Below are positions 25,331 through 36,774 of a stretch of DNA of 64,000 nucleotides, one piece after another (within the stretch, counting starts at the first letter, position 1; every line of letters begins with the position of its first letter). The stretch comes from Stegostoma tigrinum (lineage: Eukaryota). The notes below the pieces were generated by a model. It made no database searches. It had not been told where the DNA came from and saw nothing but the letters and a program-made list of their open reading frames with translations. The translations under genes were made by a program, and so were the position numbers. The DNA lies in NCBI RefSeq assembly GCF_030684315.1, contig NC_081382.1, positions 33,862,620 through 33,926,619 of the forward strand, written 5' to 3'.

Positions 25331-26999
25331 GAATACACAGAAACTTTATGCAATACTGGAAGAAACTATTGTGGCAGATATTTTTACTTACTCAAGACAG
25401 GCGTTTGAATTTGTCTAAATGTAAAGACTGAAGCTAGTGTTTTCAATAAACATCAGAATTTAATCTAATGGTTTAAAAAAAACAACATATGTTAACTTAA
25501 AATTGCAAAGTGAGTAAGACATGTTCAGACCATTTTGAAACTTGAGTGATATCTACCTCAGAAAAATAGATGATGTTCTAACGAATAGACTTAGAATGTT
25601 TCTATTGATAATGTTGAATTTTGAACTTTTGATTGTTTTCAATATTCCAATTCTTTAAATTCCGTTTGGCTGGCCTAGCTAACAATGCCCTCATCACATG
25701 AATGAATAAAAAAAATCAGACTTTGACATTAATAACAGATGGTTATTGATTGTCATCTGTCCTTTGAACATAGGACTGATCTGAATTTCACATTGCAGAT
25801 ACCCTGGTGTCATTAACCAATTGACATATTTTGTTATTTTGTTAAATGTATAAAATAGTTTAAAATAAGTGGGAAGACTGGTAAGAGAGACCAACATGCA
25901 TTTATTGTTGGATCTGACCTGAAGCAAGAAATATTTAAGGGAACTCTTGTATTTATGAGTACCTATGATCAGATATATTTGCATATTTGGACTACGTCAT
26001 TGTGGAGAATTAATTTGATTAATAGTAAATCATGATCTAAAATGGACAGGCTTGGTGAATGCACTAATATCGTTGTACATCCAGAAAACCAGGAAGCAAT
26101 GCCAGAGGAGCTCTGCTGTTAGGTTAACAAAATACAACAGGCTTTAAAACAGTTTATTTGAAATATCATTTTATGCAGCTAAAAGAAAGTGTGTTGCATA
26201 ATTCAAGGCATGAAGATTTTTCTTTTTTTAAAATACCATAGTGGGTACATATCCCATTTGGTATATTACTAAGCAATAGAGCATACTGCAGATAATTAAA
26301 GCACAGATCAATAGTCATAGCATTGTACAAAGTCCAACTTACACACTATCCTGCCTTGAAATTATATCACCATTTCTTCAAGTCATGAGATCAAAATCCT
26401 GAATACCCTTCTTAACAGCACTGGTTCAGGGGGGCAATTGATCATCATCTTCTCAAGGGCAGCTAGGGATGGACAATAAATGTTGGCCTATCCAGTAACA
26501 CATATATCCTATAAACAAAGAAATTATAATCAATCATACATTTGAACTAGGAACAAGAGTAGGCCATTCAGCCCTATGATCCTGCCTGACTTTCAATAAG
26601 ATGATGGCTGACCTTTCAGTAGCCTCAAATCTCGTGTATTCTTGATAACTTTTCACCTCTTGCTTAAATAGAATCTAACTACTCCTTAAAAATATTTAAG
26701 GACTCTGCTTCCAACATTTTTTAAGGGAAGTTCCAAAAATTCATAACACACGTAAATAAAAGATTTTGCCTTATCTCTGTTTTAAATGGGCAATTTCTGA
26801 TTTTTAAATAGTGACCCCGAATTCTGAACTATCCTTCAAAAGGATAAAAAAACCTCTGCACATCTATCCTGGCAAGACCCTTCAGGATTTTTAATCAGGT
26901 TTCTCTTACTCTTAACTTAGTAAATTACAACTAGCTTTTCCTTAGAGGACAATATCCATTTCGGGTACTAGTCCAGTAAACCTTCGCTAAACTTCATCC

Positions 27000-27958
27000 C
27001 TGATTGGTGCTGGGTTCATTGCTTTTTGTCATTTCTATAAATAATCTGGATGTGAATATAGGAAGAATGGTTAGTAAGTCTGCAGATGACACCAAAATTT
27101 TGTAGTGGACATCAAAGAAGGTTACCTCAGAATATAATGGAACCTCAATCAGATGGGTCAATGGGCTGAGGAGTCACAAATGGAGTTTAATTTTGGTAAA
27201 TGCGAGGTATGGCATTTTGGAAAGGCAAATCAGGGCAGGACTTATAGAGTTAATGGTAGTGTCCTGGGCAGTGTTGCTGAACAAAGAGACCTTGGAGTGC
27301 AGGTTCATAGTTCCTTGCAAGTGGAATACCAGGTAGACATGACAGTGAAGAAGGTATTTCGTACACTTGCCTTTATTGGCCAGTGCATTGAGTATAGGAA
27401 TTAGGATGTCATGTTGCAGCTGTACAGGACATTGGTTAGGCCACTTTTGGAATACTGTGCACAGTTCTGAACTCCCTGTTATAGGGAAGCTGTTGTAAAA
27501 CTTGAAAGGGTCCAGAAAAAATTTACAAGGATGTTGCCAGGGTTGGAGAGTTTGAGCTATCGGGAGAGGTTGAATAGCCTGGGCTATTTTGTCTGGAGCA
27601 TCGGAGGCTGAAGGTTGACCTTATATAGGTTTATAAAATTATGAGGGGCATGGATAGTGTGAATAGCCAAGGTCTTTTCCCAGGGTGGGGGAGCCCAAAT
27701 CTAGAGGAATAGTTTTAGGGTGAGAAGGGAAAGATTTAAAAGGCAGCTAAGAGGCAATATTTTCATTCAGAGGGTAGTACATGTATGAAATGAGCTACCA
27801 GAGGAAGTGATCGAAGCTGGTACAATCACAACATTTAATAGGAAGGGTTTAGCGGAAATGGGTCAAATGGGACTAGATTAATTTAAGATATCTGGTCAGC
27901 ATGGACGAGTTGGACTGAAGGGTCTGTTTCCATGCTGTACTGCTCAATGACTCTATGA
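27000..27958 (+). mobile_element. CR1-type LINE 3' fragment
   Basis: SADDTK RT motif remnant, WAEESQMEFNFGKCEVWHFG, RDLGVQVH and a CR1 3' UTR with a ctatga tail. Confidence 0.85.
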
Positions 27959-28736
27959 CAATGAATTTGCATCCTTCCTTGAATAAGGTGACCAATACTG
28001 TGCTGATTGCATCAGCCACAGTCTCACCAGCCAATACAGCGTGGAGCTGGAGGAACACAGCAGGTCAGGCAGCATCACAGCAGCAGGAAAGTCGACGTTT
28101 CAGGTCAGGACACTTCATTATGATTCTTTCTTATTCTCCCTGCTAAAATGGACAATTTCATGTTTTCTCACATTATATTCTATTTGTACAATCAGCCTCT
28201 AAGCCAAACATCCATCACTTTTTGGAAGTACCTGAGATCCAGGGAAATCATCACCTGATTGACAACTCTGACTCACTGATCTTTTCTGTCAATTTTATTG
28301 ATACAAGTTTAAAAGGATTCAAAATGCTTGAAGTTTCTGCTATTATACATTAATTATTTTGGATGATGGACGCATTTATTAGCATTTGATCTAAACAGTT
28401 TATTTTAAGAAGGTGGAAAATAATAAATAATTAACTTCTTCTACAGTTTTACTTACTAAAACTGCAATCGCTGTAGGTAAATGTTTCTCTATAGTGGCTG
28501 AATGAGCTTGGAAATACCAACATCTGGGGTAGGGTTCTTGAAGGGCCAAAATGGGTGGTTGGCAGGTATAACTCAGTATCGGAGTGGGGAGACATTGCTG
28601 GGATGTGGGGGGCTTGAGGAGGAGCTTTTGATGTTATTTTTCAAATGTTCTCCTCGTGCAGACTGTGGCTCACAATGTAGAATGGATTGTGAGCTGTGAG
28701 TTTAATAAAAAGCTGGACTGTCTCCATACACATTTG

Positions 28737-29097
28737 GGGTGGCACGGTGGCTCAGTGCCAGGGACCCGGGTTCTGGGGCGACTGTCTGTGTGGAGTTTGC
28801 ACATTCTTCCTGTGTCTGCGTGGGTTTCCTCCAGGTACTCTGGTTTCCTCTCACGGTCCAAAGATGTGCTGGTTAAGTGGATTGGCCGTACTTAATTGCC
28901 CATAGTGTTCAGGGTGTGTAGATGAGGAGGTTTGTAGGGGATGGGTCTGGGTGGGATGCTTCAAGTGTAGGTGTGGAATTGTTGGGCTGAAGGGCCTGTT
29001 TCCACACTTCAGGGATTCTGTGAATTAATGAGTGTGGACTTGTTGGGCCGAAGGGCCTGTTTCCACACTGTAGGGATTCTATGATTCTATGATTCTA
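28737..29097 (+). mobile_element. tRNA-derived HE1/V-SINE-like SINE with a duplicated 3' tail
   Basis: A-box-like tggctcagtg, V-domain-like gtgtggagtttgcacattct...tgggtttcctcc, and a LINE-like tail present twice (~28972-29022 and ~29032-29097) ending in (ATTCTATG)n. Confidence 0.75.
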
Positions 29098-30709
29098 TTT
29101 CTGAGACAAAAAGGCAAGATTACCAAATTCATACTACAAAACAAAATATTGCTGATTCTTGAAATATGAGATAAACACTGAAGATGTTGGAAATACACAA
29201 CAGGTCAGGTAGCCTCTGTGGAAACAGAAATAAAGTTTGTGTTTTAGATGTCATGTCCTTTCATCAGAACTAGAAAATTATGTGGGTTTTATGTAAGTGA
29301 AGGAGGGAAGAGGGAATATGACAAAACGGAAGATCTGTGATAGGACAGAGGGCAGTAGAGATTTAATTGCAAAAAGTGCAAGTCCAAAGGGAGGGTTAGT
29401 AAGACATAGAAAGAAATGAAGGATGACAGGATTTTCAAGGGCCAGTGGGCAACTAGATTAAAGGATAGCAGGCCTGCAATTTCAAATTAGCATGTTGATT
29501 TGTGCATATCACCCCATTCACAAGCCATTTTCACAAAGGCTGGTTAGGGGGTGGAATGAGTACCTGGCTGCAGGTTAGATAAAGTTGCCATAGTCCCAGA
29601 GGCCGAGCTACTGACTCCTAACATTGCCATTGTCTTACTAGAGCACAGGGCTGCTGACTCCATTAGAGAGAGAATTGACTGCTGCTGGTTTAAATAGGGG
29701 GACACCACACGTCAGGTAAGGGGAGATATTGGGAAGAAGAGTTCTTCCTGGTAACCTCGGCCATGCAGGAATTGAGCCCTGGCTATCAGCATCACTCTGC
29801 ATTGCAAATCAGCCATCCAGAACAACTGAGCTAACCCCTGCCTGTAGGTTACAGCTTACTAACTAAGGTGATTAATGTGTCTATCAAGGTTTCTCCAGAA
29901 GAGTCACACTGGACTCAAACATAAACTCATTCTCAGTCTCAAATTATGCTGCCAGACCTGCTGAGTTTCTCCAGCACTTTTTTTGTTAATTTATACGTTT
30001 TGAAAGCAATACAAAAGTCCTTTAAAGCCTTTTAAATAGAATTCATTGCAGATTGGAGTTGTACTCCACACCAGGTGAAACTTATTTGGTGTTAGAAACC
30101 TTCTGCTGGGGTGTCCTATTATCCACCTTAGCAGTGAGGTTAGTATCTGATTTCTGAATTATCCAGCAAGTATAATATCACTGTGAAGCAGATACATTCT
30201 ACTTTGAAGCTAGACACCTTAATGCTACTCCTGATAATGTGAAATGTGGATTACTGATTAAAATTCAAACACAAAATATACCTCAATACCAGAAAAATGG
30301 ACTCTTCTTCTTTAAAATTTTATTTGAATTGTATTTATGTTCAACTGTGACTAGCTTGTATAAGCTAAAATGTTTCAGGATGCATCTTGTTCAGAATTTC
30401 ACCAACAGCTATTGAATCCCAATGTTGGATATTGCATCGACTGGGTTGTATCTTCTCTCATATTAGTTGTTTAACATACAGAAATGGCAAATCCTTCTTT
30501 TATTTTATTAATAGTGTCTTGACAGGATAGGCCACACTAAATTATGTTCTAACACAAACTTGTGAACTAATATTTAATCTTAGCTGAGTCTGTCTGCTTG
30601 TGTTCGGATACATTTTCAGAATATGTCGCTGTTGCTACAGTTAAAGTGGGTTTTGTTTTCTTTGGATTACCATGGGAAAAAGAATATTTGGTTAGTCACA
30701 TTGTTTGTT

Positions 30710-33199
30710 TTATGCAAGGTGCTCCAATTCAGCATGTGACATCTTGTTGGGGGTTAATAGCCTGATGTCACTCATGGGTTCAGGATTAGTACTAATGCCT
30801 ATTTTGATTTGCATGGGAAGTGCCTCAAGCAAGTATTCATCTATTATCAGACCACTCTGTTTCAGCTTGCTACACTGGGTTATCTCAACTGGGAGTTCGT
30901 CTAGGGAATTTCCTTTCAGTTCCAGTCTGGTCAGTTGGGAACACTGCTGAATCTTCCCACTGAGGGACGACAGCAGGTTATTGTTCAGCTTCAGGGTCTT
31001 GAGCTTTTTGCACTGGAAGAGCTCATCTGGCAAGGTTTCCAATCGATTGGAGCTTAAGTCGAGGTATTTGAGGTTTTTGAGATACTTGATGGACGAAGGA
31101 ATGGCAACCAGGCGATTATTACTCATGTCTAAATGTTGCAACTTTGGAATAGTGAACATACTGTTGGGCAACGTCGCAATCTGATTGTTGGACGCGTTGA
31201 AGCGTTCGAGGCTACTGATGAAATTGAAGGAATCCGGAATGGCTTTGATTTTGTTGAAGCTGAGGTTGAGGGCTGACAACTTGCGCAGGCGTTGCAGGCT
31301 TTCGATGTCCTCGATTACGGTGAGCTCGTTGCCCTGGAGGTTCAGCTCCTGCAGGTTGGAGAGGCCGAAGACGCCGTGCGGGATGGCCTCCAGGTCACAG
31401 TTCTGCAGGTCCAGGCGGGCCAGGTTGAACATGCTGCCCAAATTGTGCAGCATCTCCAGCTTGTTCTTGTTGTTGAGGATGCACAGCTCGATCAAGTGCG
31501 GCGCCACGTACAGCACGTTGAACGGCACCTTCATGAGGTTGCTGTTGATATGGAAGGTTTTCAGGTAGCGCAGCTCCTTCAGGAATTCCAGCTCCAACCT
31601 CTTGTCGCCGGCGTTGACATTGCCGATCAGGGAGAGGGCTCGGAGGCGGGTCAGTTTGCCGATCCACTCGGGCACCTCCTCGTGGTCGGAGAAGGTAACG
31701 GACAGCAGGTGGAGCTGGTTGCCGAGGAAGAACAGGGCGGCGGGTTTGATGGTGACGATGCAGTTGACAATGCGGAGCTCTTCCAGGTGAACGAGCTGGG
31801 TCACCTTGGTGCTGATGTTGATGTCGGTGCAGAGCTCCATCTTGAGGGCCTGGATCTCGGTGACATCGTAGACCGCCTCGGGGATGCCGGTGAGCATGAA
31901 GAGGTGCAGTTCCACCTTGCTGCCCCGGATGAGCTGTTGCCTGACCTTCTCCGCCGTCCAGTCGCTGTTCAGGCTCAGCAGCTTGAGCTTCTTCTCACTG
32001 GCCTCAGACAGGAAGGTGGAGAAGTGTTTACAATACAGGGGGTCATACTGGTCAATGAGGTGCAGCAGGAAAGCAAAGTCATTCTTCACGTTGGGAATGT
32101 CACTGAACTGACTCTCGCGCTTCTCGAAGGAGTACTGTTTGAGGGGTGTACGGATGATCCAGAATAGAGTGCGGACACACAGTAAGACATAGATGGCCAC
32201 CAGGCATAGGTACAGTAGCAACAGCCTCCGGAGTAGGAAGGCAATGCTGAATGTACAGATAAAGACTCCATATCCGGTGACCATCTCGGTGCCAGGCCGG
32301 CAGATGATGTCAAACGATACTGCCTCCACAAAGATGGCGAAATAGCACAGGATGATCATACACTGCAGAGTTTTCAACAGCAGCTGGCCCACGTACAGCT
32401 TGTAGATGGTGTCCTCTTGTTCCACATGCAGCCGGAATTTCTTCACCTTCTCGAACAGAGCCTTGGCCCGTTCCCAGTCCTTCTTGTCCAGCAGCTCGTT
32501 CTGCCTCTGGATGACTGGGATGTTGCGGGTGGTGCCACGGCTCGAGTCCCTGATGCCCGGCGACACTGGCTTGAAGCTCGCCGTCATGCTCTTGCGCTTC
32601 TCCTGTGTCTTGACATTGACATTGCTGCTGTGTTCGGTCACAGCGAGGGACAGTACGTCAGAGGTCCATGGGGACTCGAAACACTTCTCCAGGATGAAGA
32701 TCAGATGCTCCATTTTGGAGCTGGTCTTCGGAAACCGAAACCAGAAGTTGCTGCAAATCATCAAGGCCACTGTGTGCACCAAAATGAAGTAGGAGAAATA
32801 TTTGGGAAACCAGGGTACTGCGTGAAAGTAGCATGCCCGGTTGACATAACGGTACTGCTGAATGTCCAGGTTGGTTTTGCCCTCGGTGACTGCATAGACA
32901 GCATCTCTATGTGAGAGCCGAGCGAAATCGCGAATGCCTGTAACATTATAGGCAGCAAAAGCTTGCTCTTCCATGGTTGAGTTGTCTTCGGGATATGACT
33001 GGCTACTGTTGTCTGAGGAAGTATCCTCGATTGGCAGACAAACCGTTTTGTCCTTGTATATCTGCGTGGTGCCTCCAAACACAGCAATCATCAACATGAT
33101 TATGGCCAGATAATCCATGAAAGTGTCCCACCAGGGCTTGAAGATTCGGAAAGATGGAGGGGCTTTGCTCACTGAAGAAAGTTCCTCGAAGGAAAACAT
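30710..33199 (-). CDS. LRRC8 family (VRAC subunit) paralogue 1, LRRC8D-like, single coding exon, 829 aa
   Basis: Uninterrupted ORF. The true start is probably MFSFEELS at 33199, preceded by the acceptor tcttcttctgtgtgttcag|GT ATG. Contains KPWWDTFMDYL, KTNLDIQQY, KCFESPWT, AKALFEKVKKFRLHVE, NDFAFLLHLIDQYDPLY, VAPHL and a full LRR array. AATAAA at 30499-30509 (minus). Confidence 0.95.
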   Translation of the reverse strand: MFSFEELSSVSKAPPSFRIFKPWWDTFMDYLAIIMLMIAVFGGTTQIYKDKTVCLPIEDTSSDNSSQSYPEDNSTMEEQAFAAYNVTGIRDFARLSHRDAVYAVTEGKTNLDIQQYRYVNRACYFHAVPWFPKYFSYFILVHTVALMICSNFWFRFPKTSSKMEHLIFILEKCFESPWTSDVLSLAVTEHSSNVNVKTQEKRKSMTASFKPVSPGIRDSSRGTTRNIPVIQRQNELLDKKDWERAKALFEKVKKFRLHVEQEDTIYKLYVGQLLLKTLQCMIILCYFAIFVEAVSFDIICRPGTEMVTGYGVFICTFSIAFLLRRLLLLYLCLVAIYVLLCVRTLFWIIRTPLKQYSFEKRESQFSDIPNVKNDFAFLLHLIDQYDPLYCKHFSTFLSEASEKKLKLLSLNSDWTAEKVRQQLIRGSKVELHLFMLTGIPEAVYDVTEIQALKMELCTDINISTKVTQLVHLEELRIVNCIVTIKPAALFFLGNQLHLLSVTFSDHEEVPEWIGKLTRLRALSLIGNVNAGDKRLELEFLKELRYLKTFHINSNLMKVPFNVLYVAPHLIELCILNNKNKLEMLHNLGSMFNLARLDLQNCDLEAIPHGVFGLSNLQELNLQGNELTVIEDIESLQRLRKLSALNLSFNKIKAIPDSFNFISSLERFNASNNQIATLPNSMFTIPKLQHLDMSNNRLVAIPSSIKYLKNLKYLDLSSNRLETLPDELFQCKKLKTLKLNNNLLSSLSGKIQQCSQLTRLELKGNSLDELPVEITQCSKLKQSGLIIDEYLLEALPMQIKIGISTNPEPMSDIRLLTPNKMSHAELEHLA

Positions 33200-34024
33200 A
33201 CCTGAACACACAGAAGAAGAGGCACATTATTCTTAGGATTCATTCTTGAATTTGGGTAGGGAAATTGTCAAACACAGAATGGAATGGACCAAATCTGTCA
33301 CCAACCACAAGGAAATGGAGAAATGAGAACCAGGTTGCCCCAGCTGTGGTGATACTCTTCCCTGTTCTGAGTCCTAAAGTTAAGTAACACTGCAAAACCT
33401 CAGCACAAAAATAATCAAGACTGGTATGCCAGTACCGAAGGAGTGCTGCACTGTTGGAGATGCTACGTTTTGGATGTGGCATTAAACAAAGGTCCCATCT
33501 GCTAACTCCAGCAAATGCAAAAGATTCAAAGGCATTATTTCAAAGAAGAGCAAATAAATTCTTCACTGTGTCCACACCCATTTTTATCCCTAATCTAACA
33601 GCACAAAAACAGATTATCTGGTTACTCTCACATTTTGTTTGTGGTATACAAATTGGCTGTTGCATTGTCTAAATTACAAGTGACTTCAGTTCAAAAGTTC
33701 TTCATTGGCTGTAAAACATTTTGAGATGTCCCATGGTTATGAAAGGTTATACAAATGCAAGTCTTCTTTTCAATACCTAAAATATGATGCTTTTTACAAA
33801 TTATAAAGTTTGCTTGGCTAGTATTTTTCTTAAAAGCTAATACAGCTATCAATAACAATTTATAATTATGTTTATGTAGTGGGTCTTAAAATAGAAACAA
33901 AAACTAGGGTGGTCCAAAGAAGGGTTACCAAACAAAAGCCAACACTGAACCTGCTAGGTAAAGGTAAAGTCACCATTGTTTTAGCAGACCATAGCGTGGC
34001 TCTCTCTCTCATTACAGAGAGAGA

Positions 34025-34282
34025 GTGAAAAAGCTATGCATAGATACTTTGATATTTCAGAGTTATGTGATTTGAACAAGTTATTTGGATTCTGTCACTG
34101 AACGAGGTCGGTGTGGTTGAGAGAACATTGGTCTCAAAAATTACGTTAAAGAAATCAACTCTTTCTCCCAGCAGAAACGCTAGAAACATACCAACACAAA
34201 TTTGTATCTTTTAAGAATGAAAAGAATCACTTTGTCTCATTTTCAACCAAAAACACTAACCTGGATGTCAGTAATCCATCCT
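34025..34282. repeat. Left arm of an older inverted duplication (partner 35195-35683)
   Basis: The reverse complement aligns with 35195-35285 plus 35503-35683, e.g. aaagaaatcaactctttctccca / tgggagaaagagttgatttcttt. Confidence 0.85.
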
Positions 34283-35285
34283 ATCTACTCCATAATGAAT
34301 GTTTAATTTGTCGTTTAACCAGAGGGTCACCACACATCAAGTGAGGGGCAAGGTTGGCCTTCATGTGAACTGCAGTTGGTACTGGAATCGCACCCACAAT
34401 GTTGGGTGTCACTTTGCATTGCAAACCAGCTAATCAGCAACTGAGCTGACCAATCACCTAACCTGATAAGGAGCTACTAAGATGATCAAAATCTTGGTAA
34501 AGAAATTGGTTTCAAGGAGCATCTTAGATGAGGCCAAAGATACAGAGAGGCATAGAAGTGAAGGGAAACAATTCCATAGCTTACAACCTCAGCAACTGAA
34601 AACACAGACACCAATGATGAATTGATGAAAATCTGAAAAGCGTGACAGCCAGACTTAGAAGAGTGTAAAGATCTTGCAAGGATGCAAGTTACATGACTAG
34701 GGAGGCATGCAAGGGCCATGGAGAAACCTGGCTCAAGAATGAGAATTTTAAAATGAAGGCAGCAATCATAGGTCAACTAACATGGGGATCATGGGAAACT
34801 GGGACTTAATGTGAATTATGATAGCGCAGCAGAATTTTAGATGAGCTGAAAATTATGTTGAGTGCAAAATGAAGGCCACCTAGGAGCTCATTGAATTAGG
34901 CAAATCTACAGGTGTTAAAACAAAGACATAGATGAGGGTTTCAGCAGAAGATGAGCTGAGGTAGGGGCAGAGATGGGAACTATAGAAGTGGAAATATGTG
35001 GTTTTGGTCATGGGAAGAATATGGGCCCAGTTGCTCAGTTAAGGTTCAAAGAAGACACCAAACGTTTGATTCAATACCAGTGCCAAGGGATCGGATGGTG
35101 TCAGTGACTAATGCATAAGGGTTAGTTGTGGAGGTCAAAGATGATGACTGTTCTTAAAATATGAAAATACCACTGACTATGCAGTAGCTAAGACAGGATG
35201 TATTATTGACATCATCATAGTGTTTTTGTTTGAAGATGAGACAAAGTAATTCTTCTCACTCTTAAAAGATACAAGTTTGCATTGA

Positions 35286-35502
35286 GAAAGATAGCAGGAA
35301 CTGGAGATGCTGGAGAATCTGAGGTAACAAGGTGTAGAGCTGGATGAACACAGCAGACCAAGCAGCATCATAGGAGCAGGAAAGCTGATGTTTCGGGTCT
35401 AGACCCTTCTTCAGAAAGGGTCTAGGCCCGAAACGTAAGCTTTCCTGCTCCTATGATGCTGTTTGGCCTGCTGTGTTCATCCAGCTCTACACATTATTAT
35501 CT
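35286..35502. mobile_element. Short fold-back PLE-derived element with a hammerhead-like motif at its centre
   Basis: ~85 bp inverted arms. Degenerate 14-bp TSD caagtttgcattga / caaatttgtattga. Minus-strand CTGAAGAAGGGTCTAGACCCGAAACATC at 35387-35414. Confidence 0.85.
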
Positions 35503-36648
35503 CAAATTTGTATTGATATGCTTTTAGAGTTTCTACTGGGAGAAAGAGTTGATTTCTTTAAGTTAATTTTTTGGGTTCAATGTCGATTCATCCACATGGA
35601 TCTTGTTTAATGACACAATTTGAATAACTTGTTTAAATCACATAACTTTGAAATATTGAAGTATTTGTGCATACCTTTTTCACATTTTGACACTGAAGTT
35701 CTGAAATGTAACTGATTGTACAGTAAGCCATATTTAATCATCCTATTTTTCCTTTAGTGTTTATAATTCAACAGCAGTATCACCTATTGCACTTTTCAAA
35801 CCATTAAACTTCAGATTTTCTGTTCCTTATCTGATAAAAGTCATCATGTTCTTAATTCATTTGACTCAATTAATTTCAATGTAATCTCTAAATATGGATT
35901 CTTTGTAAATTTTGGATTGATATAAGTATTTTAAAATCATATCTATTATCAACAGTGATGATAAGGAAAAGGGAAACATTTGAGGTTGATAATCCTGCCC
36001 CCTAATAAAACATCTGATAAGTATGGTTTCATAAATTGCTGAGTAAATACAGACTAAAGTGTGAAACAAGAAAAAGTAAATATTTATCAGCACATTCATT
36101 GTAATTAGAAATATAATTACCTTCTTGTCTCTGTTTTTTTTAACTTCTCTGTTTTTGTCTGAATGTTGACTGTCATGGAAGTACAATTCTATTGGTGTCT
36201 ACAACCTTTTAGCACCTCATCCATATGGTCTTTCTCAACATTGAATGTTGGTAGACTATTTGACTGTGGCAGTATCACATCCTGTGTCTGCCTTTTGTCG
36301 AATCACCAAGTTTGACCAATACTCACCCTCTTCCATACAAATAAACTGCTTATTTTTGTGAATTTTTCAAAATTGTTTTAACATACTTCTGGTCTCCTAA
36401 AATTTCCTGTTTCTGTAACTCAGTATATTCCTCTTTCCTAACCAAATATTTGTAAAGTGTTCATCTATGTGAAGGGCATTATGATAAGTTGCTCTTAATT
36501 GCACTGTTGAGCTGAAAAAGGTCTTATCTATCTAAAGAATTCTGCCTGCATTCAAAGAACTTTACATACATGCTCAAACCTATTGTATTTAGAATGCCTT
36601 TTATGACATTGACATAAGAAAATTAGAATCAGGAAATGAAGTAGGTCA

Positions 36649-36774
36649 GAGATAATGGGAACTGCAAATGCTGGAGAATCCAAGATAACAGTGTGGAACT
36701 AGATGAACAAAGCAGGCCAAGCAGCATCTCAGGAGCACAAAAGCTGAGGTGAGGGTCTAGGCCTGAAGATTCAG
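36649..36774 (-). mobile_element. Short PLE terminal fragment with TSD
   Basis: PLE terminus gagataatgggaactgc... flanked by the 12-bp TSD tgaagtaggtca at 36637-36648 and 36775-36786. Confidence 0.75.

Noticed and set aside
25386-25400. Minus-strand GTAAGT as the donor of a non-coding exon for paralogue 2
   Set aside because: A single hexamer with no supporting exon or promoter evidence. It cannot be distinguished from chance without transcript data.
31292-32167. 291-aa plus-strand ORF antisense to LRRC8 paralogue 1, and other overlapping ORFs at 30981-32914
   Set aside because: It is codon-aligned with the real gene. The strong GC3 bias removes TTA/CTA/TCA codons and hence antisense stops. 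No recognisable protein features.
20911-33199. Processed pseudogenes of LRRC8A
   Set aside because: Both ORFs are intact over more than 800 codons despite deep divergence, retain the upstream acceptor and the extracellular cysteines, and carry D-type rather than A-type residues.
33200-33211. MCSG extension on paralogue 1
   Set aside because: It starts at a non-ATG codon within the splice acceptor. The true start is 33199.
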